Origin: the human T2T-CHM13v2.0 reference genome, Homo sapiens
NCBI RefSeq assembly: GCF_009914755.1
Contig: NC_060929.1
Strand: one strand, 5' to 3'
DNA: 64,000 bases
The translations under genes were made by a program, and so were the position numbers. The notes beneath the pieces are model-generated. The model was not told where the DNA came from and did not search any database. It saw nothing but the letters and a program-made list of their open reading frames with translations. Of this stretch, positions 25,177-38,950 are shown one piece after another. Position 1 is the first letter of the stretch; the number at the start of each line of letters is the position of its first letter.

Positions 25177-25711
25177 TGGGGAAGTCAGTGTCCCTTTCCT
25201 ATTGACCCAACACACTACAGGTGAGTGAATCCCAAATACTGGCAATCTCTTCCACACTGAGCTGTACTTAATATCTAGATTGTCAGTATTCTGAGGATCT
25301 CATTAAGCCTCCTGTCAAATTCCCCATGGTGCTGACACAGGGGAGAGGACAGTCATTGCCTCATCCTCCTCCCCATGACACCGTTAATTGGGCTTGACCC
25401 TGAACTTTCTTGTGCCCATGCTCAGCCCCCACTAAGAGAAACTGCAATAATAGAACATGATCCTCCCTTCTCTATCCACCAATGCAACCTGGTTATTGCC
25501 CCTGGCAGCAGGTGGCAGTGGCCCCAGGATGCAGAAGGGAGGCATAAAGCCTAATAATCAGGTCACCAGAGAAAAGAGACTGGGCAGCCACCAACCCAGG
25601 CAAGAACAACATAGGGAGGCTGTGAGAGGTGAGACTCACTGTGAGGAGATGATCCAAATCCCAGTGCGGGCTCCATTACCCCATCTGACTTCACTTATAA
25701 AACACAAACTC

Positions 25712-26372
25712 GATGTGGAGAAATAGGAACACTTTTACACTGTTGGTGGGACTGTAAACTAGTTCAACCATTGTGGAAGTCAGTGTGGTGATTCCTCAGG
25801 GATCTAGAACTAGAAATACCATTTGACCCAGCCATCCCATTACTGGGTATATACCCAAAGGACTATAAATCATGCTGCTATAAAGACACATGCACACGTA
25901 TGTTTATTGCGGCACTATTCACAACAGCAAAGACTTGGAACCAACCCAAATGTCCAACAATGATAGACTGGATTAAGAAAATGTGGCACATATACACCAT
26001 GGAATACTATGCAGCCATAAAAAATGATGAGTTCATGTCCTTTGTAGGGACATGGATGAAACTGGAAATCATCATTCTCAGTAAACTATCACAAGGACAA
26101 AAAACCAAACGCCACATGTTCTCACTCATAGGTGGGAATTGAACAATGAGAACACATGGACACAGGAAGGGGAACATCACACTCTGGGGACTGTTGTGTG
26201 GTGGGGGGAGGGGGGAGGGATAGCATTAGGAGATATACCTAATGCTACATGAGGAGTTAATGGGTGCAGCACACCATCATGGCACATGTATACATATGTA
26301 ACTAACCTGCACATTGTGCACATGTACCCTAAAACTTAAAGTATAATAATAATTTAAAAAAACAAAAACAAC
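25712..26372 (+). mobile_element. Young 5'-truncated L1PA (L1PA2/3-like): ORF2 C-terminus and 3'UTR
   Basis: ORF 25900-26142 is the ORF2 C-terminus (...HMFSLIGGN*); G-rich tract, A-rich tail, TSD aacacaaactc (25701-11, 26373-83). Confidence 0.95.
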
Positions 26373-28634
26373 AACACAAACTCAAAGATAACACTCATAA
26401 GACTTTGCACAGAGCATTAAACCTCAGTTGCAGAACCCTTCTGATCACAGAATCCCATGCGATCATCCTGGTCACACATGTGCAAATCTTGGCCTGGATC
26501 TTGGGACTTTTATGCCACACCTCACATCCTCTTGGCCTAATTTTATTCTGGCTCCTGTAAGGCAACCAGCTGTGGTCAAATGTAATCCAAGCAGCATCTT
26601 TCTTTCAATGCCCAGCATATATCTGATTTTCTAGCTAACGAATTTTTTGCCACTCTTACATGTGACCCTATGGGAACCAGCTCAGTGATTCTGATACATG
26701 CACAAATTTGGATGTGCAAGGGACTGCACAACCAACGACCAATGAGGAAACATTAACTGATGGGAAATACTTCCTTCTTTGGGTCCCTGGACAGACAAGT
26801 CTGAAGAATTTCCTCCACAATCACCTAGCTCCTCAATGGGTGAAACCTCTGCTGCCCACAATGACCAGATGCACAGACACCTTTTTACTTGTCTTTCTTT
26901 CTGCCCTAGGTCATTCTTCCTAGGGCCCTCCCAAGTTCCTGAGGATGATTTCGCTTTACAAAATAAACCGTCTGCATGCAAGCCCTTAAATAAAGCCACA
27001 CTTGCTGTGGGAACTCTGAATAATACTGTAAATAAATGAGTTATTTGGAAGAATAAATGAGATAATAGATGTCAAATACCAAGCATGAGACCTGGCAAAT
27101 TATAAGTACCTCAATTTTGTGAGTTCTTGATCCTTCCTTTCTCTTTCAACTTGAAAAGCTGCTTGATGTACATTTTACAACAAGATGCACAAAAAATATA
27201 GTTTTGTTACTTAAAAAAAACCTCAATCTCTATTTCAATATTGAATTATTCAAATGCTGGTAAATTCTATCCGGGCAAATTTAAATAGTCATTTCAGTAT
27301 TTTACTCTTCTAGCTGTGACAGGTGGGGGCGGTGGAGGAGTACCAAGAGTGTCAGTACCCAGGAAGTCATCTCTCCCCTACAGAGACAACCATCCCTGCT
27401 TGTTCCCACTGAGAATCCCACATGGCAACTCAGTCCTAGCACCCAGGACCACCCAGGTGCTTAATGCTCATTAGCATCTCTGGGCTACTTCTTTGCCCCT
27501 TTCAGGGGTTTGGGAAATTCAGTTAATCTCTACCAGCTCTCTTGAGCTGCAAGAGACTGGGGAAGAGGGCGGTTCCCTCCAATCCTCTTTGTTGTTTATG
27601 TAATACTGCCATTTATTTTTTCTTGCTGCTAGGGTATGGTGGTGTTTCATGGACAGAACTTGTTTCCCCAGGTTCTAACTAGGGAGTACATTATGTTCTC
27701 TCTGCTTTTGACTATTAAATGTATTTGATTCCTTAGCTGTATTGTCTAGACCTGATTCAGGGATCAGGAGCATTTTTCAAATTCCCACCAGTGTCTAACA
27801 CGATGCCTCCACTTATATTCTCCTCCTATCCTCAGCCAGCGATATTTTTGTCAAATCTGGATACGTAGGGAAAGAAAAACAACAACAACAAAAGCCCTGC
27901 TCATTGTTTAAGGCATAAACTTGTGGATTAGAGGTCACCAATATTGCTTCTGAAAACAGAAACCAAGTCTCTTAAAACACATGAAGCATTTTCTCGCTAC
28001 AAAATGAAGCATGCCTTGAGGCGTTTCTATAATAAAACTCTGAGAGCAATCAGTCTGGAATGGGGATTGTGCATGAAGAACACATAATCAGTATAATCAA
28101 ATTATTATCCTGTCAAGAAGAAAATGTGTCCTTACAGAACCCAGCATCTAGGAAAACTCAGCAGGCTTTTAGTGACTTTTCCATTCAGCCTCAATGCAGA
28201 AGAAAGGCAGTCTTTTGCTCAGAGGCACAAGAAAGTGAAGCATCAAGGAAGGAATTCTGAAGAAGTTTTTACAACTTTACATGCAGCTGGGTTTTGTCAG
28301 ATAAAGAAGGAAGAGAACACTGCAGGTGCAAAGACAAGATGAAGAAAGCAAGAAGGCGTGGCGAACCTATCTGGTACGAAGTAAGTAGGGCAGTTTAATT
28401 AAAGTGCCAGGGAAAGGTGCAGAAGAAGAAATCCCTATTCTGGGGCAAGATTTCTCAGTAGGTCACTCACATCTCAGTTCATCCAGAACAGTCTCATTTT
28501 GTCTCTATCAACCTGGCACAATGATTAATATCTCCTCTTTCCGCTCTTGAAAGTAACTGGGTTTGGGCAATATAGTCATTCCACTCAATAGGCAATTCGA
28601 GCATACAGTTAGGGCATTAAAAAAATGCACTCTT

Positions 28635-28931
28635 GGCTGGGCGTGGTGGCTCACACCTGTAATCCCAGCACTTTGGGAGGCCGAAGCAGGCGGATCACAA
28701 GGTCAGGAGTTCAAGACCAGACTGGCCAAGATGCTGAAACCTGGTCTCTACTAAAAATACAAAAATTAACCAGGTGTGGTGGTGGGCACCTGTAATCCCA
28801 GCTACTCGGGAGGATGAGGCAGAGAATTGCTTGAACCCAGGAGGTGGAGGTTGCAGTGAGCTGAGATTGCGCCACTGCACTCCAGCCTGGGCAACAGAGC
28901 AAGACTCCATCTCAAAAATAAATGAATAAAT
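28635..28931 (+). mobile_element. AluS (Sg-like)
   Basis: Full dimer; TSD aatgcactctt on both sides. Confidence 0.95.
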
Positions 28932-29583
28932 AATGCACTCTTAGCCAACACCCACTCACCTCCTGCAAAGAAAATATTTCTGTAATATAATATGACATTT
29001 AATAATTCTACAGACTACTAAAATTGATAACAGAAAATATCAGATTTTATTTTACTCATCACTTATTTGACAATTAAAAAAGCATTATGTGGGACCCTTT
29101 AGGAGGAACTAAATCTTACCTTCATAATCTGACCCTGGCAGGAATATAACTGACATAAAGTTTATATTGAATCAAATGGAATTAGATATACAGATATAAA
29201 ATAAATAGAAGCTAAAGAACACACAATAAAGCAAAATAGAAATATTTTATATTTACATCAATATCTATTTACCCATCTATATTTTTACATCTTATAAGCA
29301 TCAGAAAAAGTGGCATTTGCTACATACTTCAAAGCTTTTATGTAAAGCAAAAACTTGGAATATAGGCTATTCAATGGTGACTTACTTGCTGATTTTATGA
29401 ATGACATATTGCTTGATTGATGTAATTTTATTGGAAAGGGTCTTATTTTAGAATATCAGACTCTAAATGTATAATAAGATATGCATATAATAATACAGCC
29501 AACACAAATTTACTGATTGCAAAAAATCAGTGTTTCTAAATACACATTTTGGCATTCCATATTATTATAATTATGTGACCTAT

Positions 29584-29933
29584 TGATATGGTTTGGCTGT
29601 TTGCCCACCCAAATCACATCTTGAGTTGTAGTTCCCATAATCCCTACATGTTGTGGGAGGGACCCTGTGGGAGGTAATTGAATCATGGAGGTGCTTACCC
29701 CCATGCTTCTGTTCTAGTGAGTGAGTTCTCAGGAGATCTGATGGTTTTATAAGGGGCCTTGCCCACTTTGCTCAGCACTTCTCCTTCCTGCCATCACATG
29801 AAGAAGGACGTGTTTGCTTCCCCCTCTGCCATGATTGTAAGAATGTGGAACTGTGAGTCAATTAAACCTCTTTCTTTTATACATTTCCCAGTCTCAGCAG
29901 TTCTTTACACCAGGGTGAGAATGGACTAATAGA
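29584..29933 (+). mobile_element. THE1C/D solo LTR
   Basis: tgatatggtttggctg...ggactaataga, perfect 5-bp TSD cctat (29579-83, 29934-38). Confidence 0.92.
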
Positions 29934-32900
29934 CCTATATATAAATTACTACATTTCAAGTGAAATGGAATAATATTAGTATGTGTTAGAGGAATAAATA
30001 TAATAATGAATGATTACCTGCAAAGTTTCCTCTATCCCTCTCCCAATTTCACCACCACCCCCTATCTCTGTGGGGATCCAGCTCTTCAGCTTTATTTCAG
30101 ATGGAGTGGGTACTGATCCAAGTGGAACAAACTAGAGAAGCCATTATAATTAATAACCTTACACTCAGAAAATCACTAACAAGAGATATACTATAAAAAT
30201 CTGTCATTCTCCAGGTCCTCAGAGAGATGCATACTAGAATACACCACGAAACATACGCTTAAAATTGAATTTACTGTATTTTATTCTAGGGCTTTGTCAC
30301 CTATGTATAGTGCATTGATTTAAAAACAAATTATAGTTTGACTCAGACTCAAACGTACCACTTTGTGGAAAATACGTATATCAAATGAGTTGAGACCACC
30401 AACTCCTCAGATTCCTCACATGGAAAGAGACTGAACCATAAAAACCTTAGGGACATCCCTCAATATAAGAAGGAACTCATTTCTATAAAATGAAACGTAT
30501 GTTCATGGGCATTCCTCCCCAGTGCTCAATCCTGGAGTTTACAGAGTTCAAAAAATAGCATAAAAGACCATACAACTCCCCATTCAGCCAGGGAATGAGG
30601 GTCCCAGCTCATGTCTGCACTGCAAGTGTGGGGAATGTGAAAGGGAAAAGAGAAGAAGAAACCAGAGGAGCAAGGATGGGCTAAGGAAAAATAGACTTAT
30701 TTGATTTTTGAGCTTGATATTTTCTACTGGACTTTAAAATGAAAGATTGTATAACTGAAAGCGGACAGCCACTTATGAAATATGACCATAACATCATTAA
30801 GGGACAAAATAAGTAGAAGTGACAGAGCCATTATGAAGGCAATGTATGGAGAAAATAAAACAAAATAAAATAATTTTGGTTTAATTTATTGTACTGTGCC
30901 ATATGCACACTAGAATGCCTTCTTAGTTTCTGAAGATATGCAGGACGTCAATTAATTTATTAATTAAGCACATGCATTAAAACTCAGCATTATCATCCTA
31001 TGTTTAAGGAGTAAACACATTAATCATCATGCCTGTTTTCAAAAAAATAATCTGAGTTTCAAATAATATAATGTATCTCAGGTACTTTTCCCTATCATGT
31101 AATAATTTACCCAAACAGATTTGGTACACAGTTTTCAAGACAACTTGGTGTTAATTTCATTGTACCCACCCTGAGAACGAATGGCTAATTTTGAGCATCT
31201 TATAATTTCACCCGATAAAATGATCCCCTAAAATGAACATAATAGGCATCTTTTAAGTATAAGCATTATATACAATGAGTTGGTTTTTATTTTCTCTATC
31301 AAGAAAATAAAAATCTTCTTTTGTAACATACTTATTTGTACTGATTTGAATAATAATTCTACACAAAAATGCCTCAAAAAAACTTCAAATGTCACTTTAT
31401 GACTTCTTGTTCTTGGAAGAAGCTGTGAGGATTAAATGAGATCATCCATTTTTTCAACTACAAAGTTATTTTATATAAGGCATTAGTAGCTTTGCTCAAT
31501 CTGTTATTAGACAATGCTATATTTACATTATTGGGGCTAAAGTATTTGGGACAGCTAATGAGTAGTTCCGTTTCAATTCACATTTCTAGATAATTCTGTT
31601 ATACTAACTCCCAAAATTCTAGTAAGGCAAATCTCTGCCTACTTTTCATACCAGTTCACAGTTCTTGTAAGTCTTACTAGAACAACTAACATATCAACAT
31701 TGCAATTTCAAAGTTATACAATTTTTAATGTTATTTATTTCTAATTTTTCATGTGGGAAATTCAAGTTGTAAACATCATATAAAATGTTCTACCATTAAG
31801 CTCCAGTATTTTAAAGGACTGTAGCTTTGCCATTTTATAAACCAAATGAACATATTATTACTAGCAGTACAAAAATACGCCTTAGACAAATATGTGTGAG
31901 ATCTTAAATAGGTAAGAGAGATGAGTTGATTCATAGCTCTTTTTGACAACCAATATATTCCATGTCCTTACTTTGAGTCAGTTGCATAACACTGTGAGGA
32001 ATGTCAACATCATTTTAGTCCCTTACAGGTCATGTAATTCTTGTCAAAAAAGAGAGTGGATTCTCACTGTCTAAATACATGTCAGTAGTTACACATGTAT
32101 TTTGTTGCTCTAAACTTGTTCTACTTTATGCTATCCTAATACAGTTTTGGGAGAAAAGATAGTTTTCTCTAGATATTGCAAAATCAGAAGGTTACATTAA
32201 TTTTTTCACCATTATATATTTTTATGAGTGCACTTAATGTCACCTTTGATGTTTAGCTATGACTAATTTTGATATCGGTATGATATTCTCTTGCTTATCT
32301 ATAGAGTATCCTTATGTTATAAGATGCTGAGACTTCCCCAAATGCTTGCAGAGAATAAGATTTCTTCAACTGGAGCCACACCTCCCCTGAGCAAGTTTAT
32401 GTTTTCTTGTGCTAGAGGTCTAGGCAGCATTAAAAACCATTAATGGCTTCTATTTTAAGAGTTATAACTCAAAATGCTTAAAGGTCTAGGCAAATATAGA
32501 AAAACAAGCAGTGTGAATGCAGATGGTGGAGATTAGATGCTACGTGGTCCAAGGATTCAGTGTATTCTTACTCTGCATAAATGTAGAAATTATGTTAGCT
32601 CAATAATACACACCTCTGGGCCAGATATTTACCCATGTGGGCCACCAGTTTGTGGCCTTCATTGTGAATTCAGTCATCTTTTCTTTGTATGCTTCTACAA
32701 CATAGCATACATTTTAGATTTTCCATTTATTATTATTATCATCATCTTTAGCTGACATCATTTGATCACCATATCAGATGCAGGACACTAAACACTTAAC
32801 CTGTATTATCTCATCTAAGCTTTATAATATTTCTATGAGATGAGTACTAATATTTTATCCACAGATGTGCAGAGGTCATATAACTCATCAAAAGTTCTAA

Positions 32901-34029
32901 AATTCGTGAGTGGAAGAGCTGTTGTTGTATCTCAGAATTAAGTACCTCAAAAATCCAAATTCCTAAGCTTTTTTAAAAAAATTCACTAATAGAATGACAG
33001 CATCCTTTTTGTATTTTCAGAATTTAAGGCACTGCCTGTCATAGAACCAGCACTCACCAAATATTAAAATAGCAAATAAAAAGCTGAGCATGTTTCTACT
33101 TTGTTTTACAATTATGTAGCTCAATTCATATACTATTCTAAAGTCTATTTTTATCTATTCATAAACTTATCACATCTTTTTTTATTTCTATAAACTTCTA
33201 TTCAAGACCCCTTTGATTTCTTTGTCACAATGACAGCAAAGCAAAGCGAAATGAAATAGCACATAGCGTTTGAATGCAGACTCCAGAGAAAAGAAACGTT
33301 GATTCCAAACTTTTTTAGGATGTAGCATATTCCTAAATATGTGCATGTTTTCTAACCTCTTAATATTTCCTAATATGAAAAGCTATTTTGGGTTTTTATA
33401 AAAATAAAATGAGATAAGGATAAGTCGGCTTCATACTGTAAATTAGAGACCAGATTCCTTCCATCTTGTATGTCTCCCCTGCTCTGAGGCATGAATGTCT
33501 TCTGCATTCAGCCAACAGATGGGAAAAGAGAGGATGCAAGATCCTGTGGGAAGTTTTTATAGAACAGGCCTGAATGTAGTTTTTGCTACTTTCAGCCATG
33601 TTCCTTTGGCAAGAACACAGCAATTATAGCCATGAAGCTTGTGTGGACCTTACTAAGATGTCCAGTAAGTATCAATACATTTTAGTTAGGATTAATGTTA
33701 ATAACACTATACTTTATGCCTATCAACAAAATGACATGTGAGTTTCTTTTTTAATCTGGTGTTAGAGAAATCTTGTCTCCCATTGGAAACTGGTGAACCA
33801 AATCCTTTCATTTAGTGGAAACTCTTTGTTTTATACATATTTCCTTAGAGTTTACACAATTATGTCATCATTTAATTATAATCCTATACCATAATGTGTT
33901 CATAGTCTTCTTCAAATGAAGATAAAAGACTATGTTACATTTGGTAAACAGCCTGCTGCTAAGATTCTATTGGCAAGTGAGATTAGTCATCACAGGTATT
34001 GAAATGTATTCAGGTAGAGATCAGAAGCT

Positions 34030-34602
34030 CCCTTGGAAGAAATACCCTAAGATAACCTTAGGGTATGTGAACTACATACTTGTATATTCTCCTTCCTCTA
34101 AGGGCAGAACCTGTAGCTGGTTTCTGGTCAATAAGTGATGGAAAAGGTTTATTTATATAGTAAATGTTTAAAATTTTACAAATTTAATTGAGGTTTTGAA
34201 TCAGTTGACTGAGGCAATCAAAAGGGAGATTCTCATTCATTGGCCTGGCTTAATCATATGAAAGCCATTCAAAGAAGGATTGGGCCCTCCATGAGGTCAG
34301 ACAAGCTTCCTACTGGCCTTGAAGATGCAAGCTGCCATGAGTTCTGCAGCCAGAAAAAATGAATTCTATCAATAACCTAAATGAGCTTGAAAGCAGATTC
34401 TTCCCCAGTCAAGTTTCCAGATGAGAACACAGCCCAGCTGGCAACTTGATTGCAGCCTTGTGAGATCCTGAGCAGAGCTTCAGTTAAGTCAGCTAAGTCA
34501 GTTAAGGCTGACTCTTAATGAATAAAAACTGAGATGTAATAAATAGGTTTCAAGCGCATAAAAGCACGGTAATTTGTTACACAAAATAGAAAATTAATAT
34601 AT
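34030..34602 (+). mobile_element. MLT1E/F-type LTR
   Basis: gagcttgaaagcagattcttccccagtc...gattgcagccttgtgagatcctgagcagag...gtaatttgttacac. Confidence 0.7.
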
Positions 34603-35360
34603 GCCCAATCCCTCAAGTATACAAGCCTAGAGGGCCTCTCTGGAGATGAGAATCCCAATGTTTGTACTTAATCTTTCCCAATGGTATTGATCTTCTGAGT
34701 TCCAAAGATTTAAGAGTCTATCTAAGATAATTAGATAAGTGCAAATGAAGGATAATCTTATCAAAGGACAGAGGTTCTAGAGAGAAGTATATAAATAGTG
34801 AAGGGGAATCTGGTCTGGGACTCAAAGTAAGTACTAATTTTTATGTTGCTAGAAGGAAGTGTTTATTCTAGTTACATGTTATGGCTAGTTTTGTCAACCT
34901 AGGTACCATGGTACCTTGTGGGAAACTTGGGGAAAAGCTCATGTATATGGATGCAGAGGACTTTGAAATTCAGGTAATTATCTTCTGAGAAAAAAAAAAA
35001 AAAGCCTGAACAAGCATGGCTCAAGAACAAGAGAAAGCATGGTTCAGCTTAAAGTACCATCTTTGTCCTGATCTCATATCTCATTGAAAGTCTAAAATGG
35101 GCCTGTAATAGTAACAGCTCATCTGTGGTGGCTACAGCAAAGGGAATGAAGGCACTATCATCTGAAGAAAAACATAGTCGGTGAGGGAAATTCTGGTTGT
35201 GTTAACCATACCATAAAATATAATATAAAAATAATGCATGGTGGAAGAGAAGAGGCTTAGGAAAGGCAAGAAGTTGAAAATGAAAAGGCACATAGAATGA
35301 AATCCTTAATGACATATACATTCCCTAGTAGTTGATAAAAAACGGAAGCTAAAGATTTGA

Positions 35361-35880
<520 letters not shown>

Positions 35881-36729
35881 TAAAATGTAAATTATTTTAA
35901 AATATTAAAGCATGTGTAGATTTTACCTAAATGTCCAAGTTTCTATCTTCTCTTGAGAAATGTGAAGATCTGGTGAAATGTGATCTATATTCGGTTTGGC
36001 ATTGACCTCTCTGACCTGGGAAATGCATTATCAATTCAGAATGGCCTGTTCTGCACATCACTGCAGTCTACATAAGCCAGTCCTCATTTTATTACATCTG
36101 ATTCTAATCGCTTATTTAAGTTATCTGCCTGACTCCTTTAAGCTATTAAGTTTAGGATTTCTAAGGTCTTTAATAATATCTTCCACAACAACTTTATGAA
36201 ACTATAACAAAGCATTTTATATGTTTCTATAGTAACCATCCTAACATAACTAATCATACTTTGTTTTTAATCTTTGTTCAAAGATAACAGTGAAATCTCC
36301 TTCTCGATCCTATAGTCTACATTTAACATCATAGTTTATAATAAACTTGCTTTCTTCCTCTTACGGTCTTGACCTTGAATTTAGATTTGTTCCTTATTAG
36401 TAGAAAATGACTTTAATACATTTTAGAAAAATAAAGAATGGATTTAAAGAGAGAGAAATTGAATTGAATTTTACTATATCATTTTATTTTTATGTGTTTG
36501 CTTACTGAATGCTCACAAGACCTTGTCTGCTGCAACTCATTTATAGGAATACTTATTTTTGTAATGTGTAAAGGACATAACAATAGTAAATGGAACATTA
36601 AGTGCTGTAGCTCAGTTTTTACACATTTTAAGTTTCTGGTTGCAATTTAGAAAAATGCTCAGGATGGAGCAGAGGTAGCGGGGAGCATATTCTGTCACAC
36701 ACCATAAGTGCCCTTAAAGGACAGCACTA

Positions 36730-36882
36730 GACCAGCCATAGTCAATCTTTAGATTGCATCAGAATCACCCAGAAGGCCTGTTAAAAACAGATGGCTAGTG
36801 GAGTCTGAGAAGATGCTGGTCTAATGAGTTCACAGGTGATAATTCTTCCCATCTTGGAAACACCATTTGGTAGCCACTGCAT
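36730..36882. mobile_element. MER5A-like relic
   Basis: tgcatcagaatcacc...ttaaaaacagat...agccactg. Confidence 0.6.
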
Positions 36883-37180
36883 CCAACCATAATCCTCTTA
36901 ATAGTAGATACCTGACTTTTTTAATTCTTGAATCCCTGTTAAATCACACTTTGTCTCACATATGGGAGATGCTTACTACAAAAGTGTTAAAGTAATTAAG
37001 CGTTTGATATTTTGACCTAATAATATTTGACTAATAGGATTTGATGGGCCCCAACTAATAGAAAAGTCAGCAACTGAGAGAGAAGTGACTAAACTTAGCT
37101 TTCACTTTTGCCTTTTACCTATGTAACTGGGGAATCCCAGGCTTTGTACTTGAAAATATTCTTCTATTTCTTCCATGGGT

Positions 37181-37230
<50 letters not shown>

Positions 37231-37266
37231 CGATCCATCTATAGATAGATAGATGGATAGATAGAT
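37181..37266. repeat. (GATA)n tetranucleotide microsatellite
   Basis: About 12 perfect ATAG units 37181-37230, then an interrupted continuation. Confidence 0.97.
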
Positions 37267-38559
37267 ATACATATAGATTATAAAGATTTAAAGCCATTGG
37301 AAACCCAAGTTAAAATGATGCATTATCATTTTTATGTTTTGTACCTTCAAATCATAAGAAATCATTTTTGATACATAAAGCAGAAATAATTTTTATATAT
37401 ATACATATATACATACACATAAAATCATAATTTTGCCTATTTTTAAACACAAGTAATCAAAATAGAATTGAATCTTTTATATTGTTGAATCTAGAAAGAA
37501 TTTGTTTACTTTTTCCTTAATTTTTATCAGTGTTTTATTCATAATTACATTTCAATTCTTTGTATTTTTAAAATATTGTAGCCAAATTATAGTTTATTAA
37601 TTGTCATTGAAAAATAAAGAATTCTGGAAGATACAAGATTTTATATTTTTAAATTTTATTCCTTGGTAATTTTTTTAATTGTAACTTTTTTTTTATACAC
37701 AGACTACATCCAAATTTCAACAGGACAATTAAAATGAATCAAAGTTATTCCCTAATATAGAGGTTTTTTTATTTCCCAATAATTAAGGCAACAATAGGCT
37801 GATGTTTACCAAAATTGTCTGCTCCTGGCCATCCAGGTTTGGCTATAATTGCTGAGTCCTTGCCAAAGGGACATGGCTAAAAGTAGTAAAAACTACATTC
37901 AGGTGTGGTCCATAAAACCCTCTCACAGGAGCATTTACTATTATATGGGACTGATTTTTTAAAAAATCAATCAAAATCCTACCCATTTGTGAAGAAATCT
38001 TATTGACAAAGAAATAATGATCCTGGACAATAACATTTTGATAACTTGAGTCTCAGATAAACCTTTGCATCCTGAGGCTTGAATATACAGGTGGAAGATT
38101 CTAGGAGTCAGTCCCAAAGAACAGCTTATTTTTCACTGCCTACTCCAGATGTAGTTATGGAAGAAAAAAGTGCAAGAAATATCAACTATAAGGTACAACT
38201 AGATGGTTTATAAACAATAACGGGCCAGAGAGTTCCCGTTATCTGGAAAAATCACTGTCTCATCCCCAGGAGTATTTAAATATTGATATGAACTGGAAAC
38301 ATCTGTTTGCTTCTTATTTCTCCTTTTCCCAGGAGGGAATTTTTGTTGTGGTTACCCTGTCTCAGTTCTGCCCTTGATTTGGGATATCTGCAGGGGTGAG
38401 GTGGGATTGCCTTTTAGATCCTGACCATTTGGAGAAGACTATTATCCAGGAATCTTTAACTTTTATGTATGGGATACATGCTTGTCTTTTTTGGGGTGGC
38501 ATGAGTAGGTTTTATGTAAAGCATGAAGATTCAGTTATTTAGTGACCAGAAGGGAAAAC

Positions 38560-38950
38560 TCAGGTAGGGACTGGTTCATTGTTTGCTCAACCAATGCTCC
38601 GGTTTTCCTGGGCACAGAGCTATGCTAACTTCCTAACCTTCCTTGAAGTTAAAGGTGGCTATACAACTCAGTTCTGGCCAATGAAATCCGTGTGGAAATG
38701 ATTAAGTCACTTCTTGGCATGGCTCATAAAATCTTCCCTTGTGATCAATCCTCCATTTGCTCTACCCATCTGGTGGATGAACACACAGAAAAAATTGAGG
38801 CCTTCGAAGAAGGCTGAGCCACAGTAGAAGAATGAATCCCCCAATGACTATGAAAACAAAGACCCTCACCATGCACAACAGACTTCAAATCACCTGTGTT
38901 AAGCCACGGAGACTTGGAGATTTGCCTTTTAGCAGTATTACTGTACCATG
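38560..38950 (+). mobile_element. MLT1I/J-type LTR remnant
   Basis: cagttctggccaatgaaat...tgtgttaagccacggagacttggagatttg. Confidence 0.55.

Noticed and set aside
26195-26220. G-quadruplex-like tract
   Set aside because: Standard L1PA 3'UTR feature, not locus specific.
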